Part shown: positions 35,296 through 47,795 of the stretch, piece after piece
Layout: each line of letters begins with the position of its first letter
Position numbering within the stretch: position 1 is the first letter of the stretch
Assembly (NCBI GenBank): GCA_965219685.1
Contig: CBDCOH010000002.1
Location: forward strand, 896,001 to 960,000
Reading direction: 5' to 3'
Origin: Candidatus Spongiisociaceae bacterium
Lineage (GTDB): Bacteria > Actinomycetota > Acidimicrobiia > Spongiisociales > Spongiisociaceae
DNA length: 64,000 nt
Notes under the pieces: model-generated
The model's input: the letters and a program-made list of their open reading frames with translations, nothing else
What the model was told of the DNA's origin: nothing
Database searches by the model: none
Translations under genes and position numbers: made by a program

Positions 35296-36702
35296 ATGGC
35301 TTCTAGGGCGTTGGCCTGGTTCAGGCGTGACCTGCGCCTTGATGACAACCCGGCCTGGGCCGCGGCGACCAGGTACGACCAGGCCGTGGCGCTGGTGGTG
35401 ATCGAGCCGGCGCTCCTAGCCGCGGCCGGCCCTTTCCGCAGGCAGGCCTACCTGTCGGCGGTGGCCGGGCTGGACCGATCGCTGCGATCCCTGGGCGGGC
35501 GTCTGAGGGTGGAGGCCGGTGACCCGGCCGAGGCCGTTCCCCGGGTTGCGGCCGATGTTGGAGCGGACACCGTGACCCTCAACTCCGATGTGACCCGGTG
35601 GTCCGCGCGTCGGGACCGGCGGGTGGCCGGCCGGCTAGCACGTCCACCCCGTTGCTTCTGGGGGACGCTGGTGCATCCGCCCGGTAGCGTGCTCACCGCG
35701 AAGGGCACCCTCTCCCGGGTCTTCACCCCCTTCCACCGTCGATGGGTGCAGATGCCGTTGCGGGAGCGAGCTCGGCCCGACCCGGTGGAGATCCTGAGCG
35801 TTCCGGAGGGTTCCAGGCTCGACGACATGCACGGCATGTTCGACAGCCCGCCGCCTCCGCCCTGGGGTGAGGAGCAGGCCCTGGAGCGGTTGGAGACCTG
35901 GTTGGGCCAGGTGGACCGTTACAACGAAGACCGTGACTACCCCGACCGGGAGGGGACCTCCGGCCTGTCCGCCGCACTCCGTTTCGGTCTCCTCTCCCCC
36001 TCCATCCTCGTTGGCGCGGTCGGCAGCCACACGCCGGGCCGGGCCGCCTATGTCCGCCAGGTGGCATGGCGCGACTGGTACGCGCATCTGACCGCTGAGA
36101 ATCCCGACATCGACCGGGCGGCGCTGCGTCCCGAATACGAGCGGATCTCCTGGACCTCCGGTCCCCGCGCCGACGCCGCCTTCGAGGCCTGGCGGACCGG
36201 CCGGACCGGCTATCCGATCGTCGACGCCGCCATGCGGGAGTTGGCCGCCACCGGGCGCATGCACAACCGGCTCCGCATGATCGCTGCGTCCTTCCTCGTC
36301 AAGGACCTGCTCATCGACTGGCGGAGGGGTGAGCGATGGTTCCGCCACCTGCTCGCCGACGGGGACATCCCCCAGAACGCCGGGAACTGGCAGTGGGTGG
36401 CGGGCACCGGGCCCGACGCCGTTCCCTACTTCCGGATTTTCAACCCGGTCACCCAGAGCCGCCGGTTCGATCCCCGGGGTGACTACCTACGCCGCTGGTT
36501 GCCGGAACTGGCCGGGCTCGACAGCAAGGCCATCCACGCACCCTGGCTGGCCGGGCCTCTCGAACTGGCAGCGGCCGGAGTGACGTTGGGGGTCAGCTAC
36601 CCGGAGCCGTTGGTCGATCACGCGGAGGCCCGCCGGCGCACCCTGGCCGCCTACCGGACGGCGCTGAGCGAATCCCGGACTCCGGCGGAGGACATGCCGT
36701 GA
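35296..36702 (+). CDS. phrB: Deoxyribodipyrimidine photolyase (class I)
   Basis: WFRRDLRLDDNP, TSGLS..LRFG, GRTGYPIVDA.MR, HNRLRM, N.GNWQW, YFRIFNP. Confidence 0.93.
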   Translation: MASRALAWFRRDLRLDDNPAWAAATRYDQAVALVVIEPALLAAAGPFRRQAYLSAVAGLDRSLRSLGGRLRVEAGDPAEAVPRVAADVGADTVTLNSDVTRWSARRDRRVAGRLARPPRCFWGTLVHPPGSVLTAKGTLSRVFTPFHRRWVQMPLRERARPDPVEILSVPEGSRLDDMHGMFDSPPPPPWGEEQALERLETWLGQVDRYNEDRDYPDREGTSGLSAALRFGLLSPSILVGAVGSHTPGRAAYVRQVAWRDWYAHLTAENPDIDRAALRPEYERISWTSGPRADAAFEAWRTGRTGYPIVDAAMRELAATGRMHNRLRMIAASFLVKDLLIDWRRGERWFRHLLADGDIPQNAGNWQWVAGTGPDAVPYFRIFNPVTQSRRFDPRGDYLRRWLPELAGLDSKAIHAPWLAGPLELAAAGVTLGVSYPEPLVDHAEARRRTLAAYRTALSESRTPAEDMP

Positions 36703-36767
36703 GAGATGGCCGCCCGGCTGTCAGAAGCCGATCATGCCACCCGTACGGGAATCGGGGCGGATCCCCG

Positions 36768-39428
<2,661 letters not shown>

Positions 39429-40223
39429 TCACCGGCCCGGACCTTCCCTGGACTGCGGCTGCGGGAGTCCGGAGGTCCGGGCGCCGGTGATGAAAGCCAC
39501 CAGGTCGTTGTGGGTGACCTCGCTGACGTCGACCTCGGCGGTCTTGCGGCCCCGGCGTAGCACGACGGCGGTGTCGCACACTGCCGTGACCCGGTCCATG
39601 TTGTGGGTGATTAGCAGCACCGCCACGTCCGACTCCCGAAGCCCTCTGATGAGGTCCAGGACCCGTCGGGCCTGCTCGACGCCGAGCGCGGCGGCCGGCT
39701 CGTCCAGTAGAACGATCCGCTGGCCCCAGGCGACCGCCCGCCCGATGGCGATGGCCTGCCGCTGACCCCCGGAGAGCTGGCCGACCGGGCGCCGGAGCGA
39801 CGGGATGGTTATGTCGAGGCGGGCCAGGGTTCGCCGGCACTCGTCGTGCATGCGCTTCTTGTTCAGAAGCCCCATCCGCGACCCGAGCCACCCGCCCCGC
39901 GTGTACTCCCGGTTCAGGAACAGGTTCTCCGCCACGTTGAGCGTGTCGATGAGCGACAGGTTCTGGTGGACGGATTCGACGCCCAGGGAGCGGGCCACGT
40001 CCGGAGACGGGATCCGGTGTTCCGCGCCGTCGATGCTTATCGTTCCCGAGTCCGGCTGGTAGATGCCGGCGATGCACTTGACGAGGGTCGACTTCCCGGC
40101 TCCGTTGTCGCCCAGCAGCGCCGTCACCCGCCCCCGGTGGAGCTCGAGCGAGACCCGGTCGAGAGCCTGGACCGCCCGGAACGCCTTGGACAGGTTCCGG
40201 ACCTCCAGCGCGGGAGGGGTCAT
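39429..40223 (-). CDS. Monosaccharide ABC ATPase (single NBD)
   Basis: GDNGAGKS, LSGGQRQ, LLDEP, ITH; ATG overlaps the upstream TGA. Confidence 0.93.
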   Translation of the reverse strand: MTPPALEVRNLSKAFRAVQALDRVSLELHRGRVTALLGDNGAGKSTLVKCIAGIYQPDSGTISIDGAEHRIPSPDVARSLGVESVHQNLSLIDTLNVAENLFLNREYTRGGWLGSRMGLLNKKRMHDECRRTLARLDITIPSLRRPVGQLSGGQRQAIAIGRAVAWGQRIVLLDEPAAALGVEQARRVLDLIRGLRESDVAVLLITHNMDRVTAVCDTAVVLRRGRKTAEVDVSEVTHNDLVAFITGARTSGLPQPQSREGPGR

Positions 40224-41425
40224 CCTTCCCTCTCCGGCATCGGGTCGCCCAGGGTGTTCCAGATCCCGGCCACCGCCGGGCGGGCGGATCCGGCACCGGT
40301 CACGCCCACCACCAAGGCGCGGGTCACGAAGGCCTGAACCCGGAAGCCGCAGATCACCGTGTCGCCCTCCTCGACGGTGCGGGAGGCAGGTGGGTGGAGC
40401 CTCGCGTAGTAGTCGATGCCGGCCGGGTCGGGCATGTCGAGCGGCACCGGTTCGGTGCCCGCATCCTCGGGTGCGGTCGCCACCAGCGCCCTCGTGTCGT
40501 AGGGATCGAAGACCGGATCGACGTAGAAACCCCCGCCGAAGCAGAGCGGGACGCCCTGGTGCAGGTGGGCTATCTCCGTTAGGTACAGGGCGGCGGGCTG
40601 CTCGGGAAGCTCCTCGACCGCGTGCAGCGGGGTGGAACCTGTGAGGCCGTGGCCGGGCTCCACCTGGGTGGCGCCGATGTCCGCCAGCAGGTCGAGGACC
40701 CCGGTGGAGGTCGTGCCGGGTGCGTTCACCTCGATGCGGGTGCCGTCTCCGATCATGGCGGCTGCCACCTCGACTCCCCTGGCGAGGGTTCCGACGTTGG
40801 CGGTGGGGGCAACCTTCCCGGATTCCTTGTCGTAGAGCAGGGCCGGGAATGTGGTGAGGCCGGCGAAGCGCATCCCCTCGAGTCCGTTGACGAAGTCGAT
40901 GGCGGCGGCCAGCTCGTCGATGTGGAACCCCCCTTCGTGGCCGGGGTAGAAGATGTCGCCGTCGTTCCATATCCTGAGCAGGACGTTCTGGGTGCGCCCC
41001 AGCTTCGCAACCGCCCGCGAGGCCTCCGAAGCCTTGTTACGGGAGAAGATGGTCCAGTAGTCGGGCGCCAGGCCGGCGGCTTCCCGGGTCTCCGCCCTCG
41101 CGATCTGGACGAGGTGCCCGAGGTTGCCCAGCCGGTGCCCGCCGGCCACGATCGGGCGGGCGCAGGCCATGTCGACGGCCACGTACCCGTCGGCGCCCCC
41201 GCGGGTGATCGCCTCCAGCGCACCGGCGGCACGGCCCAGTTGCTTGCTCATCGCGTACACGGTGAGACCCCGGCGATGGGCCTCCGCGGAGAAGTGGCGC
41301 GTGTTGGACTCGATCGCGTCGAGGTCCAGCACATAGCTGTTGGGAGGGATGCTCCCCTCCTGGTGGAGGCTGATGGCGGCCTCCACGAAGGGCCGGTTGC
41401 GCGTCAGCAGCTTCTTCAGGAACAT
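40220..41425 (-). CDS. YhfX-like PLP-dependent enzyme (alanine racemase N-terminal fold)
   Basis: MFL..L..RN..F..AA..L.Q.G.I.P.SYV.D.D, YAMSKQLGR (PLP Lys), GHLVQ, Y.GHEGGF, TTFP, NAPG, EPGHGLTG, FR.QAFVTR. Confidence 0.88.
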   Translation of the reverse strand: MFLKKLLTRNRPFVEAAISLHQEGSIPPNSYVLDLDAIESNTRHFSAEAHRRGLTVYAMSKQLGRAAGALEAITRGGADGYVAVDMACARPIVAGGHRLGNLGHLVQIARAETREAAGLAPDYWTIFSRNKASEASRAVAKLGRTQNVLLRIWNDGDIFYPGHEGGFHIDELAAAIDFVNGLEGMRFAGLTTFPALLYDKESGKVAPTANVGTLARGVEVAAAMIGDGTRIEVNAPGTTSTGVLDLLADIGATQVEPGHGLTGSTPLHAVEELPEQPAALYLTEIAHLHQGVPLCFGGGFYVDPVFDPYDTRALVATAPEDAGTEPVPLDMPDPAGIDYYARLHPPASRTVEEGDTVICGFRVQAFVTRALVVGVTGAGSARPAVAGIWNTLGDPMPEREG

Positions 41426-41431
41426 GGTCGC

Positions 41432-42430
41432 TCAACTTTCGCTCGGTGCTCGCATGCTGAGGGCCACCGCGAGAATGATGATCACCCCGCGGGCGATCAG
41501 CTGGTCCGCCACCTCCAGGCCCATCAGGATCAGCCCGTTGTTGAGCATCGCCATGATGACCGCTCCGGTCACCGCCCCTGCGATCGAGGCGCGCCCTCCG
41601 AACAGGCTGGTGCCGCCGATGACGACCGCCGCGATCACGGTCAGCAGATCGTTCTCGCCGAGGTCGTGGCGGCCGATGGCCAGCCTGCCGGCCAGCAACA
41701 CCCCGGCGAAGGCGGCGCCGGTGGCGCTCGCCACCAGCGCGCTCACGCGGATGCGGTCCGTGTTGAGACCCGACGCCTTGGCCGACTCCCGGTCGGATCC
41801 CGTGGCGAGCACGTGGCGTCCCCACCGCAGGTGGTGGAGGGCGAAGTGGCCCAGCGCGAACACGATGATCGTCCAGACGACCAGGGACGAGACCGGGCCG
41901 AGCGAACCGGCTCCGAAGAGAGCCGAGAAGGTGTCGTCCCGGATCGGCATCGACTGGAGGTTGTTCATGTTCCTGGCAACCCCGCTGATGATGCCCAGCG
42001 TTCCCAGGGTGACCAGGAAGGAGGGGATCCGGATCTTGACGGTGATGAGACCGTTGAACAGGCCCACCACCACTCCGGTGGCCACCGCGGCGAGGGCGCC
42101 GGCCAGGAACCCGTGATCCCCTACCACCGCCGCGGCCACAAGGGACGAGAGCGCAACGGTGGACCCGACGGACAGGTCGATCTCCGCCGACGCCAGGGCG
42201 AAGGCCATCCCCACCGCCATCACCGCTATGGGCGCAGCCTGGCGGCCGATATTCAACAGGTTGGAGCCGCTGAGGAAACCGTCGTCCCACAGGACCAGGG
42301 CGAAGACGGCGAGGATCGATACGAAGGCGAGATACACGACGTACTGCCGAAACCCGCCGTCGTCGCCCTGGCGCGTCCGTAGCCGTATCGAGTTGGTCAC
42401 GGCTCGTAGCGGTTTAGGGACCGCCTTCAC
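41432..42430 (-). CDS. RbsC-type sugar ABC permease
   Basis: EIDLSVGS, IPSFLVTLG, GR...ATG....A..SGL, IAAVVIGGTSL.GG. Confidence 0.95.
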   Translation of the reverse strand: MKAVPKPLRAVTNSIRLRTRQGDDGGFRQYVVYLAFVSILAVFALVLWDDGFLSGSNLLNIGRQAAPIAVMAVGMAFALASAEIDLSVGSTVALSSLVAAAVVGDHGFLAGALAAVATGVVVGLFNGLITVKIRIPSFLVTLGTLGIISGVARNMNNLQSMPIRDDTFSALFGAGSLGPVSSLVVWTIIVFALGHFALHHLRWGRHVLATGSDRESAKASGLNTDRIRVSALVASATGAAFAGVLLAGRLAIGRHDLGENDLLTVIAAVVIGGTSLFGGRASIAGAVTGAVIMAMLNNGLILMGLEVADQLIARGVIIILAVALSMRAPSES

Positions 42431-42466
42431 TTCCGTCAGTTCCTCGGGACACTCGGGACCCTCAGC

Positions 42467-44665
42467 TTATCCGCCTAGGGCTTGCATGACTTCGGTTGGT
42501 GGGTCGGTTGCTAGGGATTGGCGGTAGGCGTCGACGATGTTGTCGGCGGTGACTTTGATGGCGGGGACGACGACGAAGGGTGGTGCGGGTTTGCCGATGA
42601 GTCCGTAGGCGCCTTCGAGGGCCATGGTGCGGCCGAGGGCGTAGGCCTCGTCGGCGGCGATCCCGACGATGTTGCCGCCTTCGACCAGGTCGAGGGAGAC
42701 GTTGGTGTCGAGGTCGAGGGTTACCACCGCTACGTCGGAGGCGCCGGCTGCTCGCAGAGCGGCGAGGACCCCGTCGGCGGGGCCGGCCGACCAGGGGGCG
42801 TATATGCCGTTGAGGTCGGGGTTGCGGGTCAGCAGCGACCCGGCGATCTCCTCGGCGGCGGCCGGGTCGGCCAGGCCTTGGGAGTCGACGATCTCGATGC
42901 CGGGATAGGCGGCTTCGATCCACGCTTTGAACGCCTGGTCTCTCTGGTTGGTGACGTAGTAGGCGGCGTCGTGGAATATGAAACCTACCTTGCCCTGTCC
43001 TCCCAGCGCGTCGGCCAGCAGGTCGGCGGCTGCCATTCCCATGGCGGCGAGGTCGTCGGTGACCACCCCGACGTAGTCGGTTCCGTGGACGTATCCCTCG
43101 GGCACGTTGCTCAGGAACACCAACTGGACGCCTGCTTCGACGGCGGGACGGAACGCTTCGGCGCCCGATACGGGGTCGAGGACCAGGCTGATGATGATGT
43201 CGGGGTTCTGGGCCATGACGGTTTCGACGTCGTTGGCCTGCTGGGCCGCGTCGAACTGGGCGTTGGTCTCGGCGATGACCTCGATCCCCAACTCGGCGAA
43301 CGCGTCTCTGGCGCCCTGGCTGACCGCGTCGGTGAACGCTCCCGCCGTGTGCCACAGCAGCGCCGCTGTGTAACCACCCGCCTGCACCTGGCCGATCTCG
43401 TCAGCGCTCAGCGCTATCTCAGCCGAGGGCGTAGCCGCCTCACCCCCCGGCCCCTGAGTCACCGGCGCCACCGGCGCTTCGCCGAGGGCTTGCATGACTT
43501 CGGTTGGTGGGTCGGTTGCTAGGGATTGGCGGTAGGCGTCGACGATGTTGTCGGCGGTGACTTTGATGGCGGGGACGACGACGAAGGGTGGTGCGGGTTT
43601 GCCGATGAGTCCGTAGGCGCCTTCGAGGGCCATGGTGCGGCCGAGGGCGTAGGCCTCGTCGGCGGCGATCCCGACGATGTTGCCGCCTTCGACCAGGTCG
43701 AGGGAGACGTTGGTGTCGAGGTCGAGGGTTACCACCGCTACGTCGGAGGCGCCGGCTGCTCGCAGAGCGGCGAGGACCCCGTCGGCGGGGCCGGCCGACC
43801 AGGGGGCGTATATGCCGTTGAGGTCGGGGTTGCGGGTCAGCAGCGACCCGGCGATCTCCTCGGCGGCGGCCGGGTCGGCCAGGCCTTGGGAGTCGACGAT
43901 CTCGATGCCGGGATAGGCGGCTTCGATCCACGCTTTGAACGCCTGGTCTCTCTGGTTGGTGACGTAGTAGGCGGCGTCGTGGAATATGAAACCTACCTTG
44001 CCCTGTCCTCCCAGCGCGTCGGCCAGCAGGTCGGCGGCTGCCATTCCCATGGCGGCGAGGTCGTCGGTGACCACCCCGACGTAGTCGGTTCCGTGGACGT
44101 ATCCCTCGGGCACGTTGCTCAGGAACACCAACTGGACGCCTGCTTCGACGGCGGGACGGAACGCTTCGGCGCCCGATACGGGGTCGAGGACCAGGCTGAT
44201 GATGATGTCGGGGTTCTGGGCCATGACGGTTTCGACGTCGTTGGCCTGCTGGGCCGCGTCGAACTGGGCGTTGGTCTCGGCGATGACCTCGATCCCCAAC
44301 TCGGCGAACGCGTCTCTGGCGCCCTGGCTGACCGCGTCGGTGAACGCTCCCGCCGTGTGCCACAGCAGCGCCGCTGTGTAACCACCCGCCTGCACCTGGC
44401 CGATCTCGTCAGCGCTCAGCGCTATCTCAGCCGAGGGCGTAGCCGCCTCACCCCCCGGCCCCTGAGTCACCGGCGCCACCGGCGCAGCCGGCTCCGCAGG
44501 CGCCTCCGCCATGGTCGACGGGGCCTCGGTGGTGGTGGTGGCCGCCCGGGTGGTGGTGGTCTCCTCGGCGACCTCGTCACCGCCACAGGCCGCGGCCAGC
44601 AGGCCGAGCACCACCATAAGGGCCATGAACGTCCGCCGCTTGGGTGTCCTTGTTCTTGTCTTCAT
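42467..44665 (-). CDS. Sugar ABC substrate-binding lipoprotein (RbsB/PBP1 type) with two identical tandem domains
   Basis: SD GGAGGA, lipobox LAAAC, Thr-rich linker, then two copies of a ~333-aa PBP1 domain. Confidence 0.92.
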   Translation of the reverse strand: MKTRTRTPKRRTFMALMVVLGLLAAACGGDEVAEETTTTRAATTTTEAPSTMAEAPAEPAAPVAPVTQGPGGEAATPSAEIALSADEIGQVQAGGYTAALLWHTAGAFTDAVSQGARDAFAELGIEVIAETNAQFDAAQQANDVETVMAQNPDIIISLVLDPVSGAEAFRPAVEAGVQLVFLSNVPEGYVHGTDYVGVVTDDLAAMGMAAADLLADALGGQGKVGFIFHDAAYYVTNQRDQAFKAWIEAAYPGIEIVDSQGLADPAAAEEIAGSLLTRNPDLNGIYAPWSAGPADGVLAALRAAGASDVAVVTLDLDTNVSLDLVEGGNIVGIAADEAYALGRTMALEGAYGLIGKPAPPFVVVPAIKVTADNIVDAYRQSLATDPPTEVMQALGEAPVAPVTQGPGGEAATPSAEIALSADEIGQVQAGGYTAALLWHTAGAFTDAVSQGARDAFAELGIEVIAETNAQFDAAQQANDVETVMAQNPDIIISLVLDPVSGAEAFRPAVEAGVQLVFLSNVPEGYVHGTDYVGVVTDDLAAMGMAAADLLADALGGQGKVGFIFHDAAYYVTNQRDQAFKAWIEAAYPGIEIVDSQGLADPAAAEEIAGSLLTRNPDLNGIYAPWSAGPADGVLAALRAAGASDVAVVTLDLDTNVSLDLVEGGNIVGIAADEAYALGRTMALEGAYGLIGKPAPPFVVVPAIKVTADNIVDAYRQSLATDPPTEVMQALGG
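42477..44485. repeat. Direct tandem duplication, ~1001 bp x2, period 1008 bp
   Basis: 42477-43477 and 43485-44485 read identical by eye, and the ORF track shows identical peptides offset by 1008. Confidence 0.95.
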
Positions 44666-44685
44666 TGTTCCTCCTCCGGCTGCCC

Positions 44686-45948
44686 TCACGCTGCTTGCTC
44701 CACCCCGCACCAGGACGCCACGAAATGCGCCAGGGTGCGGGTCGCGGAGATCAACTCCTGGATCGGGAGCCGTTCGAATGGGGTGTGACAGGTCGATATG
44801 TCTCCGGGAGCGAAATAGACGCCGGGGATCCCGGCCGCCCGGAGCAGTGGCTTTTCGGACCAGTACGGAGCGCCTTCGAGACGGGCGCCTCCACCGGTTG
44901 TGCGTTCGATGGAGTCCACCAACGCGCGGACCCCCGGATGGTCGGGCGGGACCTCGTCCGGGGTTCCCCCCACTCGGTGATCCCGGGGGGCTGAGAAGAC
45001 CACCTCGGCTGAGACTCCGTGGTCGTCCGAGACCGCCGCGGCGACTTGCCGCAACGCGTCGGCCTCCAGGTCGAGGTCGTCGCCGGGCAGCAGCTTCTGG
45101 ATGAGCGACAGCCGGAACCGGCCTGGAACCGCTATGTTCCCCCCCGACTCGACCGAGGTGACGAGGAGGAAACGCTCACCGAGAAGCTCGTGGGGCGGGC
45201 CCTTGCGCAGCGTCTCGTCGCGATCCCACAGCGCGCTGAGCAGGGAGTGGCCCGCACGGAGCGCGTCCACGCCTAAGTCCGGGGTCCCGAAGTAGGCCGA
45301 CCTGCCAGCGAGCGTGATGTCGGCGATCAGGAATCCCATCTGGGCGGTGTAGACCGCCCCGGTGGTCGGCTCGGTGTAGACGGCGAAGTCCGGCGGGTTG
45401 CCGGGGCCGCCGAACAGGTGGTCGACACCCGCGCGCATCCCGAGCGAGAGCCCGCTACCGGGCTGTCCCGACTCCTCGTCGCATACGAGCAGTCCCGTGA
45501 CCGGGCCGGCTACGCGGTAGCCCGCCCGACCAATTGCTCGCATGGCCTCGATGATGGAGCATATTCCCGCCTTCTGGTCGGTCACGCCGCGGGCCCATAT
45601 CTCGCCGTCGACGATGGTCCCGGCGAAGGGATCGGCTCGTTCGGTCCCGCTCCACTCGCGCACCCAGTCGTCTGCGTGAACGGTGTCGAGATGGCCGGCC
45701 AGTACCAGCGAGCGTCCTCCCGCCGGTCCGGCCTCCGCGTAGACGTTGGGCCGTCCCGGTTCTGCCTCGACCAGGCGCACCCGGCTCCAGGGGCCTTCCT
45801 CCATCCGTCCCCTGACCCATTCGGCGAAGTCGGTCTCGTCGGGCGTGACGCTGGGGATCCGCACCGCCTCCAGCACCAGTTCGACCAGAGCCTCCCCATC
45901 GACGGCCGCGGCGACTTCGTCGGCCGGCGATCGCGGGTTCGGGGTCAT
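44686..45948 (-). CDS. M20 family amidohydrolase (ArgE/DapE-like)
   Basis: LAGHLDTV, ARGVTDQKAG, CDEE, TEPT, CHT. Confidence 0.9.
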   Translation of the reverse strand: MTPNPRSPADEVAAAVDGEALVELVLEAVRIPSVTPDETDFAEWVRGRMEEGPWSRVRLVEAEPGRPNVYAEAGPAGGRSLVLAGHLDTVHADDWVREWSGTERADPFAGTIVDGEIWARGVTDQKAGICSIIEAMRAIGRAGYRVAGPVTGLLVCDEESGQPGSGLSLGMRAGVDHLFGGPGNPPDFAVYTEPTTGAVYTAQMGFLIADITLAGRSAYFGTPDLGVDALRAGHSLLSALWDRDETLRKGPPHELLGERFLLVTSVESGGNIAVPGRFRLSLIQKLLPGDDLDLEADALRQVAAAVSDDHGVSAEVVFSAPRDHRVGGTPDEVPPDHPGVRALVDSIERTTGGGARLEGAPYWSEKPLLRAAGIPGVYFAPGDISTCHTPFERLPIQELISATRTLAHFVASWCGVEQAA

Positions 45949-47138
45949 CGACCCAACCGCCCCTTCACGAAGGTGGACCTCACCGAGGCACGGGCCGTGG
46001 AGATCGCTCCGATGAAGGCGGCCCGGTTCCCGAGTGCCGAAGCGACCAGTTCCGGTGTGTCGTCGAGTTGGCCCTCCAGCTTCGAGCGCACCTCTTCCAC
46101 GAAGATGGGGTTGGAACCGACTCCTCCCCCGAAGACGATCCGGGCCGGATCGTTGAACCAGCAGAGCCAGGCCACCGCGGACGCCATCGCCTCGGCGGCG
46201 ATGCCGAGGGCCCCGGACGCGGCCTCGTCACCGAGAGACGCCGCGAGGAGGAGTTCCGAAACCTCGGCATCGCGTTCGAGGCGGGAGGGACGGCCGGAGT
46301 CCACGGCTTGGCGGAACTGTCTCCGGATGGCCGGGGCGGAGGCGACATCCTCCAGCGTGAGCCGGGCCGGGCCCCTGCGGCCGGGTCCGAGGATGTCTAT
46401 CGACCCGAGTTCTCCTGCGGCTCCGTGTCCGCCCCGGTATAGCCTCCCGTCCATCACCAGCCCGGCGCCGATCCCGGTGCCGATCGAGATGGCGACGAAG
46501 TCGAGTCCGGCCTGATCATCCATGGCTTCGGCTTCCGCCACCGCGGCCAGATTCACGTCGTTCTCGATGGTGACCGGCACTCCGAGCCGCCTGGAGAGTT
46601 CGTCGCGGATGGGTAGATCGGCGAACCCTGGGAGGTTGGGGGACATCTCCACCCGGTCCAGCCGCGGGCGGTACACGCCGGGAACGCCCACGCAGCCGGA
46701 CTCCAGGAGGTGACCCCTGTGACCGAGGTCCCCGAGCAGGCGGGTGGTGGTCCTCACTACGGCTTCCACCGCGGCCCGGGCATGGGAGGCCGTCTCGATG
46801 CGATCCTCCGCCAGTACCCGTCCGAGGAGGTCGGCGACACCCACGATGATCTTGGTGGCGCCCATGTCCACCCCCACCACCAGCGCGGCGTCCGGAACCA
46901 GGGCATAGGGTGCGGCCGGACGTCCGATCCGGCCCTGGGAGGGCTCGGGAGGGATGAGGCTCACCACGCCGGCGTCCTCGAGGTCGGACACCAGGGCTGA
47001 CACGGTGGGCTTCGACAGCCCGGTCCGGCGGGCGAGGGTGGCGCGGGATACCGGGAACGGGGCAGCCTGCATGAACTCGTCGAAGACCGCCTGGCCGTTG
47101 CGCAGGCGGAGTGCCCAGGAGCCGGATCCGTCGATCAT
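45945..47138 (-). CDS. ROK family transcriptional regulator
   Basis: N-terminal HTH (SRATLARRTGLSKPTVS), VGVDMG, GVPG, ENDVNLAA, GTGIGAG, GAAGELG. Confidence 0.93.
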   Translation of the reverse strand: MIDGSGSWALRLRNGQAVFDEFMQAAPFPVSRATLARRTGLSKPTVSALVSDLEDAGVVSLIPPEPSQGRIGRPAAPYALVPDAALVVGVDMGATKIIVGVADLLGRVLAEDRIETASHARAAVEAVVRTTTRLLGDLGHRGHLLESGCVGVPGVYRPRLDRVEMSPNLPGFADLPIRDELSRRLGVPVTIENDVNLAAVAEAEAMDDQAGLDFVAISIGTGIGAGLVMDGRLYRGGHGAAGELGSIDILGPGRRGPARLTLEDVASAPAIRRQFRQAVDSGRPSRLERDAEVSELLLAASLGDEAASGALGIAAEAMASAVAWLCWFNDPARIVFGGGVGSNPIFVEEVRSKLEGQLDDTPELVASALGNRAAFIGAISTARASVRSTFVKGRLGR

Positions 47139-47334
47139 CCGCCGACCGGCTCACGGTACGACCGGCAGACGCCGCATCGCGAAGCAGATCTCCTGTTCCG
47201 GCCGTTCGGTCCGTACCTCAAGGTTCGGGTTCCGGACATCATTCGCATCTCCGTGATCCATCTGACGCACGCCCGGGTCTCAGAACCGGGCCCGGTCTTG
47301 CCGACTCCCGGGGCACATTCTCACCCTGTGCGAG

Positions 47335-47359
47335 TTAGTTTGTCAAACTATCTTACTAA
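47335..47359. promoter_or_regulatory. Candidate ROK/XylR-type operator
   Basis: 25-bp TTAGT-TTGTCAAACTATCTT-ACTAA, containing the palindrome TAGTTTG-T-CAAACTA, ~200 bp upstream of the ROK gene. Confidence 0.65.
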
Positions 47360-47795
47360 TTTGTTTCTCGGTTTCGGACATCCATCTCCTGGATCGGGAG
47401 GGGGCATCGGACGGAGCGGGGATCCACCGAGGATCCACCTCTCACCTGGTGCGGGCAGGGAGAACGCGAAAAACGCTCGACGCTCCGCCTCGGCCGAGGG
47501 GCCCTCCCCCGCCGCCACCTCCTTGGGTCAGGGCGCGTCCCCTTATCCCCTGTCGGGGTCGGCCTCGACTATGTGATCCCAGCCACGGTCCGGTCGGCAC
47601 CGGAACCGGACCGCTGGTGGTTTGCAGCTACCCACCAGTGTGCGGCAGGGGTGTGACACGGCTGGTCCCGCTGTGGTGGCGGTCGCACTCTCAAGCGAAG
47701 GGTCGTGGACGACGGTCCGGCCATCCGGGGTGGGGCTCACGGGGGAAGCGGACGCTCGGATCGTTCCCGGCCGGGTCGCGTTCCGGTCCCCGGGG

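Noticed and set aside
39429-40970. 513-aa ORF suggesting an extended ABC ATPase (likewise the extended ORFs for scpB, nadK and aroA)
   Set aside because: The extensions overlap upstream genes out of frame; real starts are at stop-start overlaps.
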